From Phaeosaccion multiseriatum (taxonomy: Eukaryota > Protista > Ochrophyta, other classes), in assembly GCA_965112735.1 (NCBI GenBank), contig OZ218950.1, positions 1,054,001 through 1,118,000 on the forward strand: 64,000 bases of DNA, in the 5' to 3' direction. The position numbers were made by a program, and so were the translations under genes. Of this stretch, positions 21,901 through 34,491 are shown in pieces (position 1 is the first letter of the stretch; each line of letters starts with the position of its first letter). The notes below the pieces were generated by a model. That model worked only from the letters and a program-made list of their open reading frames with translations. It did no database searches and had not been told where the DNA came from.

Positions 21901-23658
21901 ACCCCAAGGGAGGAGCGCTCGAGTCCAACAGCCCAGCTCGTGCTTCTTTCTGTATACGGCATACTCGTATCCGTGTCATACCGTTTACCGTATTTTCTAT
22001 TTCTATTTTCTTACCAAAAATCTCGTCTGCACCTCCGGGCACGTAGGTGGGAACCGTGTCGGGGTGCATCTCCTGGATCATGACGATGGTCTCCGGCATT
22101 TCAGCGATGGCATCGGGAATGCCCTGAGGGAGGGAGGGAGGGAGGGAGGGAGGGAGGGAGGGAGGGAGGGAGGGAGGGAGGGAGGGAGGGAGGGAGGGAG
22201 GGAGGGAGGGCAAGGGAGGGAGGGAGGGAGGGAGGGTTAGCACTTGGTTAGCAGCAGCCAGGGGTGCAATCCATGTTCCACTCTCTCTCTCGTCAAAGAC
22301 TCCGAAGCAATCCATCCATCTTCCCTCAGGTTCTCTCTCTCTCTTGCTTCCTACTACCCTTGTAGGTCATTTGCCCGGTGCTAGTGTTGCTCGCTCCTCT
22401 TGAGCGCATGATACCAAAGCCCACTGTTCGGGGTAGCACACACAACCTACCCCACATCACGCAGGTAGAGAGGACACACACGCACACATACACACACGAG
22501 CATACACACACGCACACATACATACATATACACATGCATGCATACATACATACACATACATACATATATACATACATACATATACATACATACATACATA
22601 CATACATACATACATACATACATACATACATACATACATACATACATACATACATACATACATACATACATACATACATACATACACATAGACATACACA
22701 GACACTCGTACCTGTATTTCGACCTCATCGTTGACCACAAGCGGTCCCGCGGCGCCCCCCCCCACCTGCACGGAGGAGGAGCCATGGTGATGGGGGTGGT
22801 ACCAATAGGAGCCTCCGACGTGGTCACAGGGGATGACGTACTCGTACACGATGGACTCGCCGGGGCCGATGTTAGTGTAGAGTACGTCGTCTGCGGGCAC
22901 GTCGCCGCTGACGTGGAGGCCGTGGGTGTGGATGTTGAAGGTGTTGGGGTCGCGGAATTGGTTCATGGGGGCGGTGGGGTTGCTGTGAAGGGGAAAGGGA
23001 AGAGGGAAGAGAGAGGGGGGAGGGTGAGGGGAGGAGGTCAATAGAGAAACGAACCACACGGGGGGGGGGGAGGAGATAAATATGTATCGCAAGGAGTAGG
23101 GAGGAGTAGGGAGCGGTTGCGGTCGCCTTGGTACCGAACCGGAGAGAGCGCTTGTTGCTGGCTCGGTACCGAGCCAGGTATGCCCCCCATCCCACCCAAT
23201 CACTGTCCCTCTACGAAGGCAGCACCAGAGCACTCTTCGCCCCTGATAATAGTGTATCAGCATCCCTTCCAGTCTGTTTGCCCCGCTCCATCCCCTCCAA
23301 CCCTCCCCCCCACAACGCACGTGTAGTCGTCCGCAGAGATGGAATTGAGGGCCGTGATGTGGTACTCCCCACAGGCGCTGAAGCGAATCAATGGCCCAGG
23401 AACTGTTCCCCCGAGAGCGCGGGTAGTAATGGTCTCCCCCCCCCCTACGTCCAGGTTCTCCACCACCTCCAGCGTCAGCACTGCGCGGTGGATGCCGTCT
23501 TCGGCCTGAACAAGCTCCAGCTCGGGCGGTGAGACAAGGGCTGTCTGCGCATCGGTCAGCACTGCGGAGGATGAGAGAAGGAGCATGGCTATTGCGGCTT
23601 TGGCGGTTGGCGCTTCGCTGCGACTGCTGCCGCAGCACCTCTGTCGGCGGGGCGCCAT
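18993..23658 (-). CDS. Multicopper oxidase, type I membrane protein with long Cys-rich extension
   Basis: Exons 23658-23321, 22982-22712, 22123-22015, 21701-21388, 21224-18993. All four copper-ligand motifs are present: NIHTHG, YWYHPH, HPFHMH, HCHIHEH. N-terminal signal peptide; C-terminal helix IGIAVGAVVAGLALMVGV followed by KRAR. Confidence 0.92.
22500..22700 (+). repeat. (TACA)n microsatellite in oxidase intron
   Basis: Read directly from the sequence. Confidence 0.95.
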
Positions 23659-24473
23659 GATGCCAAAGCAAGGCCTACACCCCCAAAGGACCTCGTCCGT
23701 CCAGCCCTTCTCGCCCGCTCTCCGTGGATTTGGCAGGCAACGCTGTATTCACTCAAGGTGCTGACAAAGTAGGAGGGAGTAGCTCCTTGTTTGCTGCTGC
23801 GTCTCGGCCGCTTAATTCTCCCTGTGTTCTCCCTCTGTTCTCCCTCTGCGCCTGCTGCTGCCGCGAGTTTGCAGCGCCCTCTCCCGAATGACTAAACTCT
23901 ATATATATTGTAGCGATGCCTTGATGCCGTTTGTTGGAGGATAGAGTTTGTAGGGGAGCTTTCTCGCCGAATGTTTGCGAAAAAATGAAAAAATATGTTT
24001 CACAGTAGTAAGTCATCAAAATTCTCCAACTGCCAATTTCCAATTTCGCCAACCATTTGTTCGCGCCTTCCTCTCTCTCCTTCCTCTCCCTTCCCGTCTT
24101 TTAACCCTTTCCCTTCCTGTAGACTCTGGCCAGTGCCCAATGCCAGTTTTTTGTCTCAAGTCCTGCTACTCACTCAAGAAGGATGTATGTAGGTACGCAC
24201 ATATATGTATGTACGTATGTATGTATGGATGGATATCTTTCCCTCTTCTCTCTCTTTCCCTGCAGCACCACTGCCACTCAAAAGACGATTCGTCTTCCTG
24301 TGGAGTGCACACAACACACTGGCAGACACAAGGCGTGACAGTTTTCATAATAACGTAACTCACCCACCACCTACCCACCAAGCATGGTGGCACCGAGCCC
24401 AGCAGGACGAGCCCGCCGCGTGATGCGATGGCTCACTACACTAACCCCTCAACAACAAGAACTGACTGCTCCT

Positions 24474-24568
24474 ACTCCTCGCGTGATCGCTAACTCCTCC
24501 TCGCGTGATCGCTAACTACTCCTCGCGTGATCGCTAACTACTCCTCGCGTGATCGCTAACTACTCCTC
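24474..24568 (+). repeat. Tandem repeat of about 22 bp, 4 copies, intergenic
   Basis: CTCCTCGCGTGATCGCTAACTA repeated. Confidence 0.9.
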
Positions 24569-25056
24569 GTCCTCCTCTGCGCGTGCCGTGTCCAAAGCAG
24601 GTCCGCTCCACCAGACCTCGGTAGATACGTACACATATCAGGTGATACGTATGTATCAGGTAGTCCCCAGCCCAGATAAATATCGCGTGTGCCGCCCCCT
24701 CCCACCACCCATCTTGCGGCACTGTCGTGGCACTGCCGTGGCCCTGCCGCTGCCTTGCCTTGCCTCGCCTCACCCCCCAGCCCTACAACAGGAGTGCATG
24801 GGAAGGCGAAAAGTAGCGCTCACGACCAAGGAGGGGCGAAGAGGGAAGAGTGTAAGGAATGAGTGTAACACTCTCTGCCCCTAAAGCGACGATGAGACGA
24901 CATGAGGCGTGTGGGCAGGGGAGGGAGGGAGGGAGGGAGGGAGGGGGAGGAGGATGAACGCATGCCATGCACCACGTGCACACATCGATGCGGTGCAGTG
25001 CGGTGGGGTGCGGTCCCGAGGAGGCGGCTTGCTTGGGTGCTTCGGAACGGTACGCT

Positions 25057-28000
25057 TTAGAACGATGTCCTCTCTAGGAGAGAGCAGCACTCGCCCACTG
25101 TGGCGCCTCCAGTCTCCAGGCGCTGCCGCAGGCCATCAAAGGCCTGTGGGTGAGAGTTCAGAGAGGGCAGGCAGTGGAAAGGGGAAAGAGGGGGGAAGAG
25201 GCGGTGGGGAGAGAGAAAGAAGGAGAGATAAAAGAGGGGGGATTGGGGGGGGGGAGACAGCGGGGGGGGGGGAAGAGGGAGGGAGAGAGAGACAGTGGGT
25301 AAAGAGCACAGAGAGAGAGAGGTGATGGTGCGGACGCTGTGCCCTGAGCTGGATGGTCACTCTTCCCTACACAACAAGCACACGGGGACCCGCCGCCAGC
25401 TGGGTATCTCACAAGGCTACCGCATGCTCCATACCCCATACTTCATAAGGCTACCGCATGCTCCATACCCCATACTTCACAAGGCTACCGCATGCTCCAT
25501 ACCCCATATTTCGCAAGGCTGCTGCATGCTCCACACCCCATCTCATAGAGCTACTGCATGCTCCACATCCCCATCGCCCAAGCGAAGCCGAACAGTGACT
25601 TGTCCCGCACAGCCGATCCACCCACGAGTAGACAATACCCACATACACACCCACACACACACGCTTACCTGCTGATTGTCTCTGAGGATGCCTCTCGCCT
25701 CCTTGAAAGCCCAACGGATGCGATCCTCGTCCTCGGCCGCGTCGAGCTCCCCCCCACACAAGTTGCGCTCCCTGCACACTGCGAGGAAGGCCGTCGCTTG
25801 GCGGGGGTCTGATGCGATGAGCTGCCGGTGAGCGATTGCTGTAGGTACACAGGGAGGGAGGGAAGGAAGGAAGGAGGGAGGGAGGGAGGGAGGGAGGGAG
25901 GGAGGTAGCAGTTGTACAAACAGCAGTTGGTCACACGGCGGCAGTGGACGCATGTTAGTTGAGGCAGGCCGCGGCACCAAGAAAGACGGGAAGAGAGGGG
26001 CGTCAGAGGCATACAGCACTCCAGCCATTGCTGCGCCGTCGCTGCATCACCAACTGCTGGGTCCCGAGCCCGAGAGGTTGTACACGGGGCGTTTGAGAGT
26101 GGAGTGCGGCCCTCCTCCTCCTCCTCCTCCTCCACAGCTTTCTGCTCCTCACTCAACTACTCACCCTCTCCGGCGACAGAAGACAGCAGCCATACAAGGA
26201 CTCTGTGCACCCCATCCGGCGTGTTGAGCTGCGTACCGAGCTCGTCCTCCTGCTCCACCATCTTAACCGCCTCCAGCACATTAGGCGTAAAGGCAAAGCA
26301 GGGGAGCCCCATTACATAGGCCGCCAAAAAGCCCCCGGCCTCCGCCCTGCTCTCCCTCTCTACATCCTTGAGAAAGAGTCTGTTGAGCCCCACCAACACC
26401 TTCTTGGACAGCGCTCCTGAGCCCTGCACCAAGTCGAGGGCCGTCCACCCCAACAGCGCGGCTCCAAAGAGGGTAGGGATGGTGGAGTCTAAGTGGAGCC
26501 AGTTTGCCAAGCCCTCTGAGGCAGCGTCCAAACTCACGGCGCCCAAGAAAGCTCCCGCGGTGGCAATCTCAGGGCCCCTTTCGTCTGCGGGGGGCTGCGC
26601 TCGCGCACCGGGAGAGAGGGGAGGGGAAAGAGGGGAGGGGAGGGGAGGAGGGGCAGCAGGCAGAGGGTGGGGGAGGGAAGAGACCAAAGAGGAGAGAGAG
26701 TTAGATAAGATATCAAAGAGGAGACATCATATCAAAGATAGAAAGGAAATGAGAGGAGAGAGAGGGGGGGGAGGATGAGAAGGGAAGGGGGGGGTTGACC
26801 CCAAAGACTTTGTATCGACTGCAGCCTCCCTCCCTCCCTCCCTCCCTCCCAGCTACATCTTGCTCACCAGGGGCAGTCCTTTCAGGGCGTTGACCCTCTT
26901 GTTGGCCTGCAGCGGGAGCACGGCGAGTCGAGGCAAGTCCCGAGAGTATTTGAGGCCAAAGCCAACGCTCCTCAGCAGAATCACTGCCTCGTGCACCAAC
27001 CCAATCTCCGCGCTGCTCGTAACTGCGTCGATCACCGCCTGGAGTCAAGCCCAAGGTAGGGGGGGAGGGAATGGTGGGAGTGGGTGAGTGTGTTGGGCAG
27101 CACGGCGGGTGGGTGGGTGGGTGTGGGAGTGGGCAAAGAGCGTGTAGAAGAGGGCCGTGCCAGCAAGGCAGGGAAGGACATGATGTGTATGTGTGTGTGC
27201 ATCGCGCTACGGGGGGGTGTTTTGATCCATCACGCAGGGAAGGGCGAAAATACTCATCACGCTCTTGCATCTAACGTGCACCTCCCTCTTCCCGACCCCC
27301 TCCTCGTCATCCTCACTCCCTTTCTCTCTCTCTCTCCTCCTCGCAATTCTCACTCTCCCTTTCTATCTCTCACTCTCGCCTCCTCGTCACCCTCGCTCTC
27401 TCTCTCCTCCTCCTGCCACGCTCTCTCACGCCCCAACCAGCCCTCGGCGCGTAACGCACCATCCCTGCAGAAGGCGCCACTTTGATATTGTTGAGCTTCA
27501 TCTCCCGCAGCAGCTGGAGCAGCTCTTGCCTCTTGGCCGGCGCCCCAGGTCCTTTCGTCGACAGCACCAAACCAGCCAAGCCCTGAGAGGAGGAGTGAAG
27601 GAGACAGAAAGCGTAAGCAGAGAGCCCACAACAAGGGTAATCAGAGAGGGGTGTGTAGGTAGAGAGGCAGAGGGCCGTAGCTCATGGCAGGTGTGTGTGG
27701 GGGGGCACGGACACTTTTTGAGGGTTTCTTTTTTATGTGGCAGTTCAGTGAGTTCCTACTTGCCTGCAGGACTGCATTGTACTTCTCGCCGGGGCCAAGG
27801 CTGTCCATGACTTTCTCGAAAGAGATGCTGTTACTCAGCCCTGTGCCGGGCCCCCCACCTCCGACCAAAACAATCTCATTGCCGGGGCTCTTTCCCTTGT
27901 TCACATTCATATCTCCCTCGATGGTTGCGTCAAGTACCCCTGTCCGCCTTCGCCGCCTCAGGCCTTGACCCCCCCCCCTACTCCTGCTGACTTCTCCTTC

Positions 28001-28207
28001 TCCACTGGGCGCACTACTGCTCCTTCCCCCGCACACATGCCCACCGGAGAGGCCGCCACCCAGGGAGCCGCAGTGCTGACCCCTTCCTACTCCCATTGAG
28101 GGTGCAGCAACAAAGGCCGCTCCGCCGGTTGCGGGTGCGAAGGCGAAGCCATGATGGCAAGCGCACAAGCCCACTGCCAGCGCACCCAGCAGCGACGTCG
28201 AGGACAT
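25057..28207 (-). CDS. Plastid-targeted membrane protein with a degenerate peptidase-M41-like domain
   Basis: Exons 28207-27764, 27582-27460, 27038-26868, 26594-26165, 25838-25669, 25143-25057. Signal peptide followed by FA-FAP. Two hydrophobic helices, then RESRAEAGGFLAAYVMGLP, which matches the HEAxHFLxAYLLGLP segment of plastid FtsH/M41-like proteins. Confidence 0.75.
25412..25572 (+). repeat. Intronic 34-bp minisatellite, about 4.5 copies
   Basis: CAAGGCTACCGCATGCTCCATACCCCATACTTCA starting at 25412, 25446, 25480 and 25514. Confidence 0.92.
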
Positions 28208-28383
28208 CCTTTAATTCACGAGCGTTGGGGTCTGAGGGTGTGAGGCACAAGTGGGTACGTAAATTTCCCCCGGGGGGTGTTTCCAGTACTGTACTCGCAG
28301 AAGCGTCGCCAGTTGCAACCGTTGAAGCGTAAGAAGCTGAAACGGAAACTGTCTCGAAGGCGGCGCGCTTGCGCTTCTCTCTG

Positions 28384-31300
28384 ATGCTGCGTCCAGTCGC
28401 TTTAAAGCGACGGCGGCGAGCGTCAAATCGTCCGTGCGCTCTTCCGAGGGTGCAGTTATGGAGGTGAGTACTCTTTCCCTCTCTTCTCCTCCCTCTCCCT
28501 CCTCTTCCCCCCCCCCCCCTCCTTTTCTTCTCCTTCCTCTCCCTTCGTCATCTCTTATCCGTCTCTCTCCCGCCCTTTCTTTCTCTTATCCTTGCTCCCT
28601 CTTTGGCCTTTCTAATCGTCTCTCACCCTTCTCTTGCTCCTTCTGGCCCTTTATTTTTCATTTCCAGGTCACCAATCAGCCTCCTGCTCCTCGCCGCGAT
28701 CCTTCGATTGGCGGAGAGCAAGGTAGTGGAGCACGTGAACAAGGTTCTCAATATATCGGCAGGAGACCTACATATGGTGCGTAGAGAGACCACAGAGGGG
28801 AGTCTTCAGAGGGGAGAATAAAGGGTCTGGGGCAAGACTCCGTCCTCATTGAGCCGCTTGCACTCCTCTCTCCCTCCTGCTGTATCACCAACTGCTGCTG
28901 CTGCTCCTGCTCCTACTGATAGGCTCTAAGGAGTGAGAGCTTCATGAAGCACGCTCACGGGCAGATGAAGGACCTTGATTTAGAGATCGGGCCTTGGGAG
29001 AGAAGTGAGCAGCAGCAGGGGAAGAAGGACAGGGACGGCAAAGTGACTGCCACGAAGCAGGTTCACGACGCCAGAAGGAGGAGAGAGTGGCGGAGGAGTC
29101 TATCGTACAGGCATCCCGTTGCTTCCAGCTTCCCGGGTCTACCTTCGCATGCGGATACGCAAAAGGTTGAGCAACGGTGGCTGAGGGAAGAAAAGGAGTC
29201 GTTAACTTGCCACACCAATAGAGGTCCATGGGGGCTTGGTTTAGGTGCTTCTCTGCTCAAGGACTCACTACATCATGTTCTGAGTACGCTCCCTCATTCA
29301 TTCCGCTGCTCCTTCCTTTTGGTGCATGCGTTACATGCACGCATTACATGTTCATCGCTCCTCCACAGACGCAAGTGGCGGAGGAGGAGACAGACGAAAC
29401 CGACAGCGTAGTTAGCCTGCAGGTGTACGAAAAGACAAGGTGAGGTGATGAGTCGTCGCTCACTCTCAGAGCTTCAGAGCTGTACCTCAGGGGGGAGGGG
29501 AGGGGATATGGACGTGCGAATCGCATGGAGGAGGGGGGGGGGCGCTGTAGTCGAGGTCGTATGAGGTGTCAGGAGGGTATTTCCTCACAGCTGGATGCTA
29601 TGCTGGATGCTATGGCATCCTGGTGCTTCGACACACATGCACCAGACTGTACTTGCATGTACCTGCGTACCCCCGACCTCGCTTCCCTCACCACTAACCC
29701 CCCCCCCTTTACTTCTCTTCAATTTGTTCCAAAATGGTCTTCGCGTCTTTCCAACATGGTGTGTTTGTTGGCTCCCCTCCTCCCTCCCTGTCTTGCACCG
29801 CCTCACATGAAACTGAAATGAACCTGCAAAACACTGTGGGATACTGCACAGCATTAAGGGGGTGCCGTATTCCTCCTCCTTCACCATCCACACTCGCTGG
29901 AGCGTGACTGCACTCTCTGAAGGCGGCTGCCGGGTGCTGATCTCTCTGGAGCTTGTGTTTAGTGAATGGTGCCTCATGCGCAAGATGATCGAAGGGAACA
30001 CGCACAAGGAGAATGGGGATATGCTACAGCAGATGGTGAGGGGACGGGGTTGGGGGGAGGGAGGAGGGAGGAGGAGGGGGAGGGGAGGGAGGAGGAGGAG
30101 GAGGAGGAGGAGGAGGAGGAGGAGGAGGAGGAGGAGGAGGAGGAGGAGGAGGGGGGGGGGGGAGAGGAGGAGGGGGTGACGGGAGGGTTGAGGCGGAGAT
30201 GGGCTGGTGGAGTAGGGACACAAGCACAGCGCCCTCTTTCCACCTCTGTCACTCTTTCCACCTCTGTCACTCTTTGGCGCCGTAGGCACTCGAGCTTACT
30301 CCTTCGTGCTCGCTCCTCTGCTCTTCACCTCACTCTTCGCTTTGGGCTCTTCCTTTCGACTCTCTCTCTCTCTCTGTCGTATGCTATCTCTATCTCTCTC
30401 TCTATGACCCAACACACATGTGTGCGCGCTCTGTCTGTCGCTCACTCGCTCGCTCACGCCTGCCTTTCCGTAATCTTATGTAATCTTATGTACACGTAGG
30501 TGGAACTGCTGACGCCATGGATCGTCGATGAGAGAGCAAGGCAGGAGGTCCTCGAGCAGCAGCAGGAGGGTGAGGCCGAGACAGTCCTTGGTAGTGACGC
30601 AGAGATTGGAGTGTCAGTCTCAACAACGGACGGCGAGGAGGAGGGCGAGGACGAGGAGGACAGCGCGATGGAGAAAGCAGTGAGCGCTTCGTCATCGAAG
30701 GCAGAGGAGCACGTCCTCGTGCGGCAGGTACAGCAATCCGCAAGTGGGGAGGAGGGGGGGGAGGGGGAAAAGGAGGGGAAGGGGGAGGAGGGGGAGGAGG
30801 AGGGGGGGGAGGGGAACGAGGAGGAGCAGGAGGAGGAGGAGGAGGAGGAGAAGAAGCTCAGTGCGGCGGCCATGGCACAGGAAAGGGTTTTGCTGACTAA
30901 GCTGTGGACGGGCCAGGCCTTGAGAGTGGGCGAGTGGTTGAGCAGCGCATCAGCTCCTCTTGCTGCTGTATCACCAACTGCTACTGCTGCCCCTCTCGGC
31001 TCAGAAACCGACCCCATCGAGACTAGGGATGTGGAAGAGCGGGAGGAGCAAGTCAATAGAAGCACATCACCTCCTCCGTTCTTCATGGGTATAGTGGGAG
31101 GGGACGTTGCCATTTGTAGAGGAGGTCCTCCTGAAGAGGGCGGGTTGGTAGTATGGAGCGCTCTCACAGCGGCGACGACGATGTCGACGACGACCAGGGG
31201 AAGGCGAAAGCGGCGACGATGTAGTGACGGCAATGCTGCTGCTGCTAATGCTGCTGCCGCTGCTGCTGTGGAGCTGCGGCTCAGGGACAGCGGAGTACTT

Positions 31301-31591
31301 GAGCTTGTGTGCTCGGAGGGGGGAGAAGCCTTGTGGACGTCTTCCCAACCTGCGGTAGGAGGGGAGGGCACGGGTGTGGATGCTGACGGTGGTGGTGGTG
31401 GTGGTGGTGGGGGCGGGGTAAGGCGAAAAAGGCGGCGTTGGTGGCGCTTTGGGGGATGGTTTGGTAAGCAAGGCGGAGGCGGAGGCGATAGCTTTGGGCA
31501 GTACTCTGCCGGACTGTCCGAGGAGGGCCATTTGCAAGTGGTGCGGGAAGGGAGTGAGGTAAAACATCAGGTGGTCTGGACGTCGGCATAA
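28384..31591 (+). CDS. Signal-peptide protein with VASt (StART-like) domain, acidic linker and C-terminal bulb-lectin-like domain
   Basis: Exons 28384-28463, 28668-28776, 28923-29165, 29369-29439, 29852-30035, 30500-31591. Signal-like ISLLLLAAILRLAES; VASt-like DLEIGPW, RSLSYRHP and GVPYSSSFTIHTRW; B-lectin-like LWTGQALRVGEWLSS, LRLRDSGVLEL, ALWTS, GLSEEGHLQV and VVWTS. Confidence 0.7.
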
Positions 31592-32091
31592 AGCGAAGGA
31601 TGGGTTAGAGAGCGGCGATGTATGTATTGTGTGTGCGTGTGTTGAGTGCCTGCGAAGTACCTTGATAGTTCATAGCTAACAGAAGAGTCGCTGCGCTGCG
31701 AGAAAGTGTGTGCGGCGTGGTGAGGAGTTGAGGGGGGGGGGTTATATATTGATTTCACTAGATGAGAGAGACTGTAGCAGGAAGGTACAGTACATGTTGT
31801 ATATATGTACATACATATAAATGCTTCTGCTGTGAATGAGGAGGGTGAGCTCGCGTCTGAAGGACGCGTGACGTTATGTATGACTAAGCGGTGATGGTGA
31901 AGGCCCGCTCCTCTCGTGCGTAGCGCATGTCTTACAGCCTGTCTAGCTGCCTGCCTATGTGTCTGTCTGCCAATCAGTTTCCTCCTCCTCCCTTTCCGGT
32001 CTTGTCTGTCTGTCTCGTCTGTCGGCGTGCGTGCGTGCGTGCGTGCGTGCGCTGAGACAGAGCGGGGCAGTCCCCACCTACCACCTGCTTA

Positions 32092-33002
32092 CTACGCAGT
32101 GGAAAAGAGACATACTCCCATTTGGCCTATGTAGAAGTACACGAACTTGGTGTGTTCGTGCGTTACAAAACAGCCGAAATTTCTCCCTACGAAGCAGTGC
32201 CACCTGAGCGGCCAGAGCGAGGACAGGAGAGGAGGGGGGGAGGCGGGGATTCTTAGGACACAGATGGTGCTGGATTAACCGCCAGGGGCAGATTTGTCCT
32301 CGCGAAGTTCCGAGGTGAAGGGGTGGGGGGCGGGGAGGGGGGCAGTTCGAAGGTATGCATCCAACATTCTTCAGGAACCATTTCCCTTTCCTTCCCTTGC
32401 TGAAAGTCATGCCCTAATCCCTCTTGTCTAGTGGAAGGGCAAAGAATGCGTCAACGCCATGTCCTTCTCCGCCCTCTCTCTCTCTCTCTCTCTTATCCGA
32501 ACCCCACCCCCCTCCCTCCCTGCCCTCCCTCCTTCCTTCACTTCACTTACACTGAAGGGTACATGCTTTCTAATGAGTTTTTAATCGCGCTGGCAATGTC
32601 CTTCTCAACGTTGTTTTCCCTGATGGCGTCCTGTGCAACCTGGTGGGGCAGATTCAAGACGAAAGAAGGGTATGGAGATCAGAAGGGGTGCATAATCTGA
32701 CGTGGTAGAAGGGAGAGCATGACCAGCACAATACTAAAAAGGGCCGTGCAGGACGGAGTGAAAACAAAGGAGAGAGAAGGAGAACATACTAAGATCGGTA
32801 GGTTTGAAGAAGAGGGTGAGAGGGAGCATAACTCCCTCCCATGTAAACCCGAAGAGAACGAGACAACGCCTTCTACCCTAGTCGCATTCTCTCCTCTCCT
32901 CATCCTGCTGCTGCTTGCTGCTACTGCCCCACTTGCCTGAATAGCGGCCTCCTGCATATCGGAGGGCATGGTGCTCGTCTTGATGACAGGGCGGGCCGAC
33001 AT
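32092..33002 (-). CDS. Dynein light chain, LC8 family
   Basis: Exons 33002-32937 (GC donor), 32639-32551, 32203-32092 give [88 protein letters not shown], with the EKDIA and WHCxVGRNFG signatures. Confidence 0.95.
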
Positions 33003-33607
33003 GCTACTGCTTTATGTTGCACGGTGGCGTGTCTTATCCCTGCCTAACGCCACAGCCGCCGCAGCTCCGTGCTGCTCTGCTCCTTCCTTTCAAACCCTCT
33101 CCCCTTCTCTCCTGGGCCCTTCCTGTGCCCCCTCCTCGTCTCTCCTCGCCCTTCCCTTGCTGTATGCTCCTTCCGTACACTTTCTTTGTACTCACACTCT
33201 TTGTTATGTGTGTGCTTCCGCTGCGATCCCGCTGCTCGCGTGTGAAGCCGTTACGAAAATTTCCGTTTGCGCTGGCTCCTTTCGAATCTTCACTTTGGAC
33301 ACAGGATCCTCACAACAACAGGCAGTGTGTGCGAGCAGGAAGCGTATTCGAATGAGGAATAGTGCGGAGAACTATTCGAGGATGGAGGGGTAGATATCTG
33401 TGGGTGCATCCAGTTGCGGGCCAACCTTCAGTGCATTACAAGGTTTTTCTCAGTTGGAGTCGGAGTTGGAGAAGGGCGGGGGAAATAGTACAGCCCCTGC
33501 CTAGTGGGGCGGGACGAAAGGGCTTCTCCATTCAAGCTTGCGTGCCGAACCCGGCACCGAAGTTGCTTACTTAGAAAGCTCTGCTGGAGAAGTAAGAGCT
33601 TCCAACG

Positions 33608-34023
33608 ATGGCCTCCCCTCCTACCGGCGCATCTTTGCTGAGTAAGGAGCGCTCCTCCTCCGGCCCTGCGTATGGAGCATTGGAAGATGGCCAGGAACTA
33701 TCGGCAGCAGCGAAGGCCATAGCAGCGAAGACCAAACAAGATGCCCTTGCCAGGATCGCAGCAGACGAGGCGGATGAGGCTGATATAGCCAGGCTCAATG
33801 CAAACGTGATCGAGGACAAAGCCAGTCTGCTCGTGATCATGTGGATTGTTCTTGTGGGTGACTCCTGTCGAGGAATCCTTTTCCCCACACTGTGGCCGTA
33901 CGTAACGTCCATGGGAGGAGACAAGATTACCCAGGTACTTTATATGAGTGGTGTTTGGGGGGGGGGCATCATTAACCTCACACCCTCCTCTCGCGCGTCC
34001 CCAACTTACGCCTCCAATGCTTG

Positions 34024-34058
<35 letters not shown>

Positions 34059-34457
34059 ACCTTCGACCCACAGGGAATGTGTGTGGCCGCTTTCAGCCTG
34101 GGGCGAATTGTATCTGCACCCTACGTTGGGCGATGGGCGATCGACCTTGGCAATCGGCCTGTGCTCCAGGCCAGCTCCCTCATTGTCTGCGTAGGGGCCT
34201 TGGCTTACGTTCTCGCCGAGAACAATACCATGCTGGTGCTTGCTCAGTGCATCATGGGCGTTGGTACGGGCACTCTCGGAGTCACACGGGGCTACGTCGC
34301 GGACAAGGTGTGTGTACATGCGTCATCGGTTCCTGTGACCCATTGAGTGTATGTGTGTATGTGGGTGTGTGGGTGGGTGTGTGGGTGGATGGGTGGGTGG
34401 GTGCGTCTTGCCTCTGTATTTTATCTTGTTCTCATTCTCTCTCAAATCCCCTCTCAC

Positions 34458-34491
<34 letters not shown>

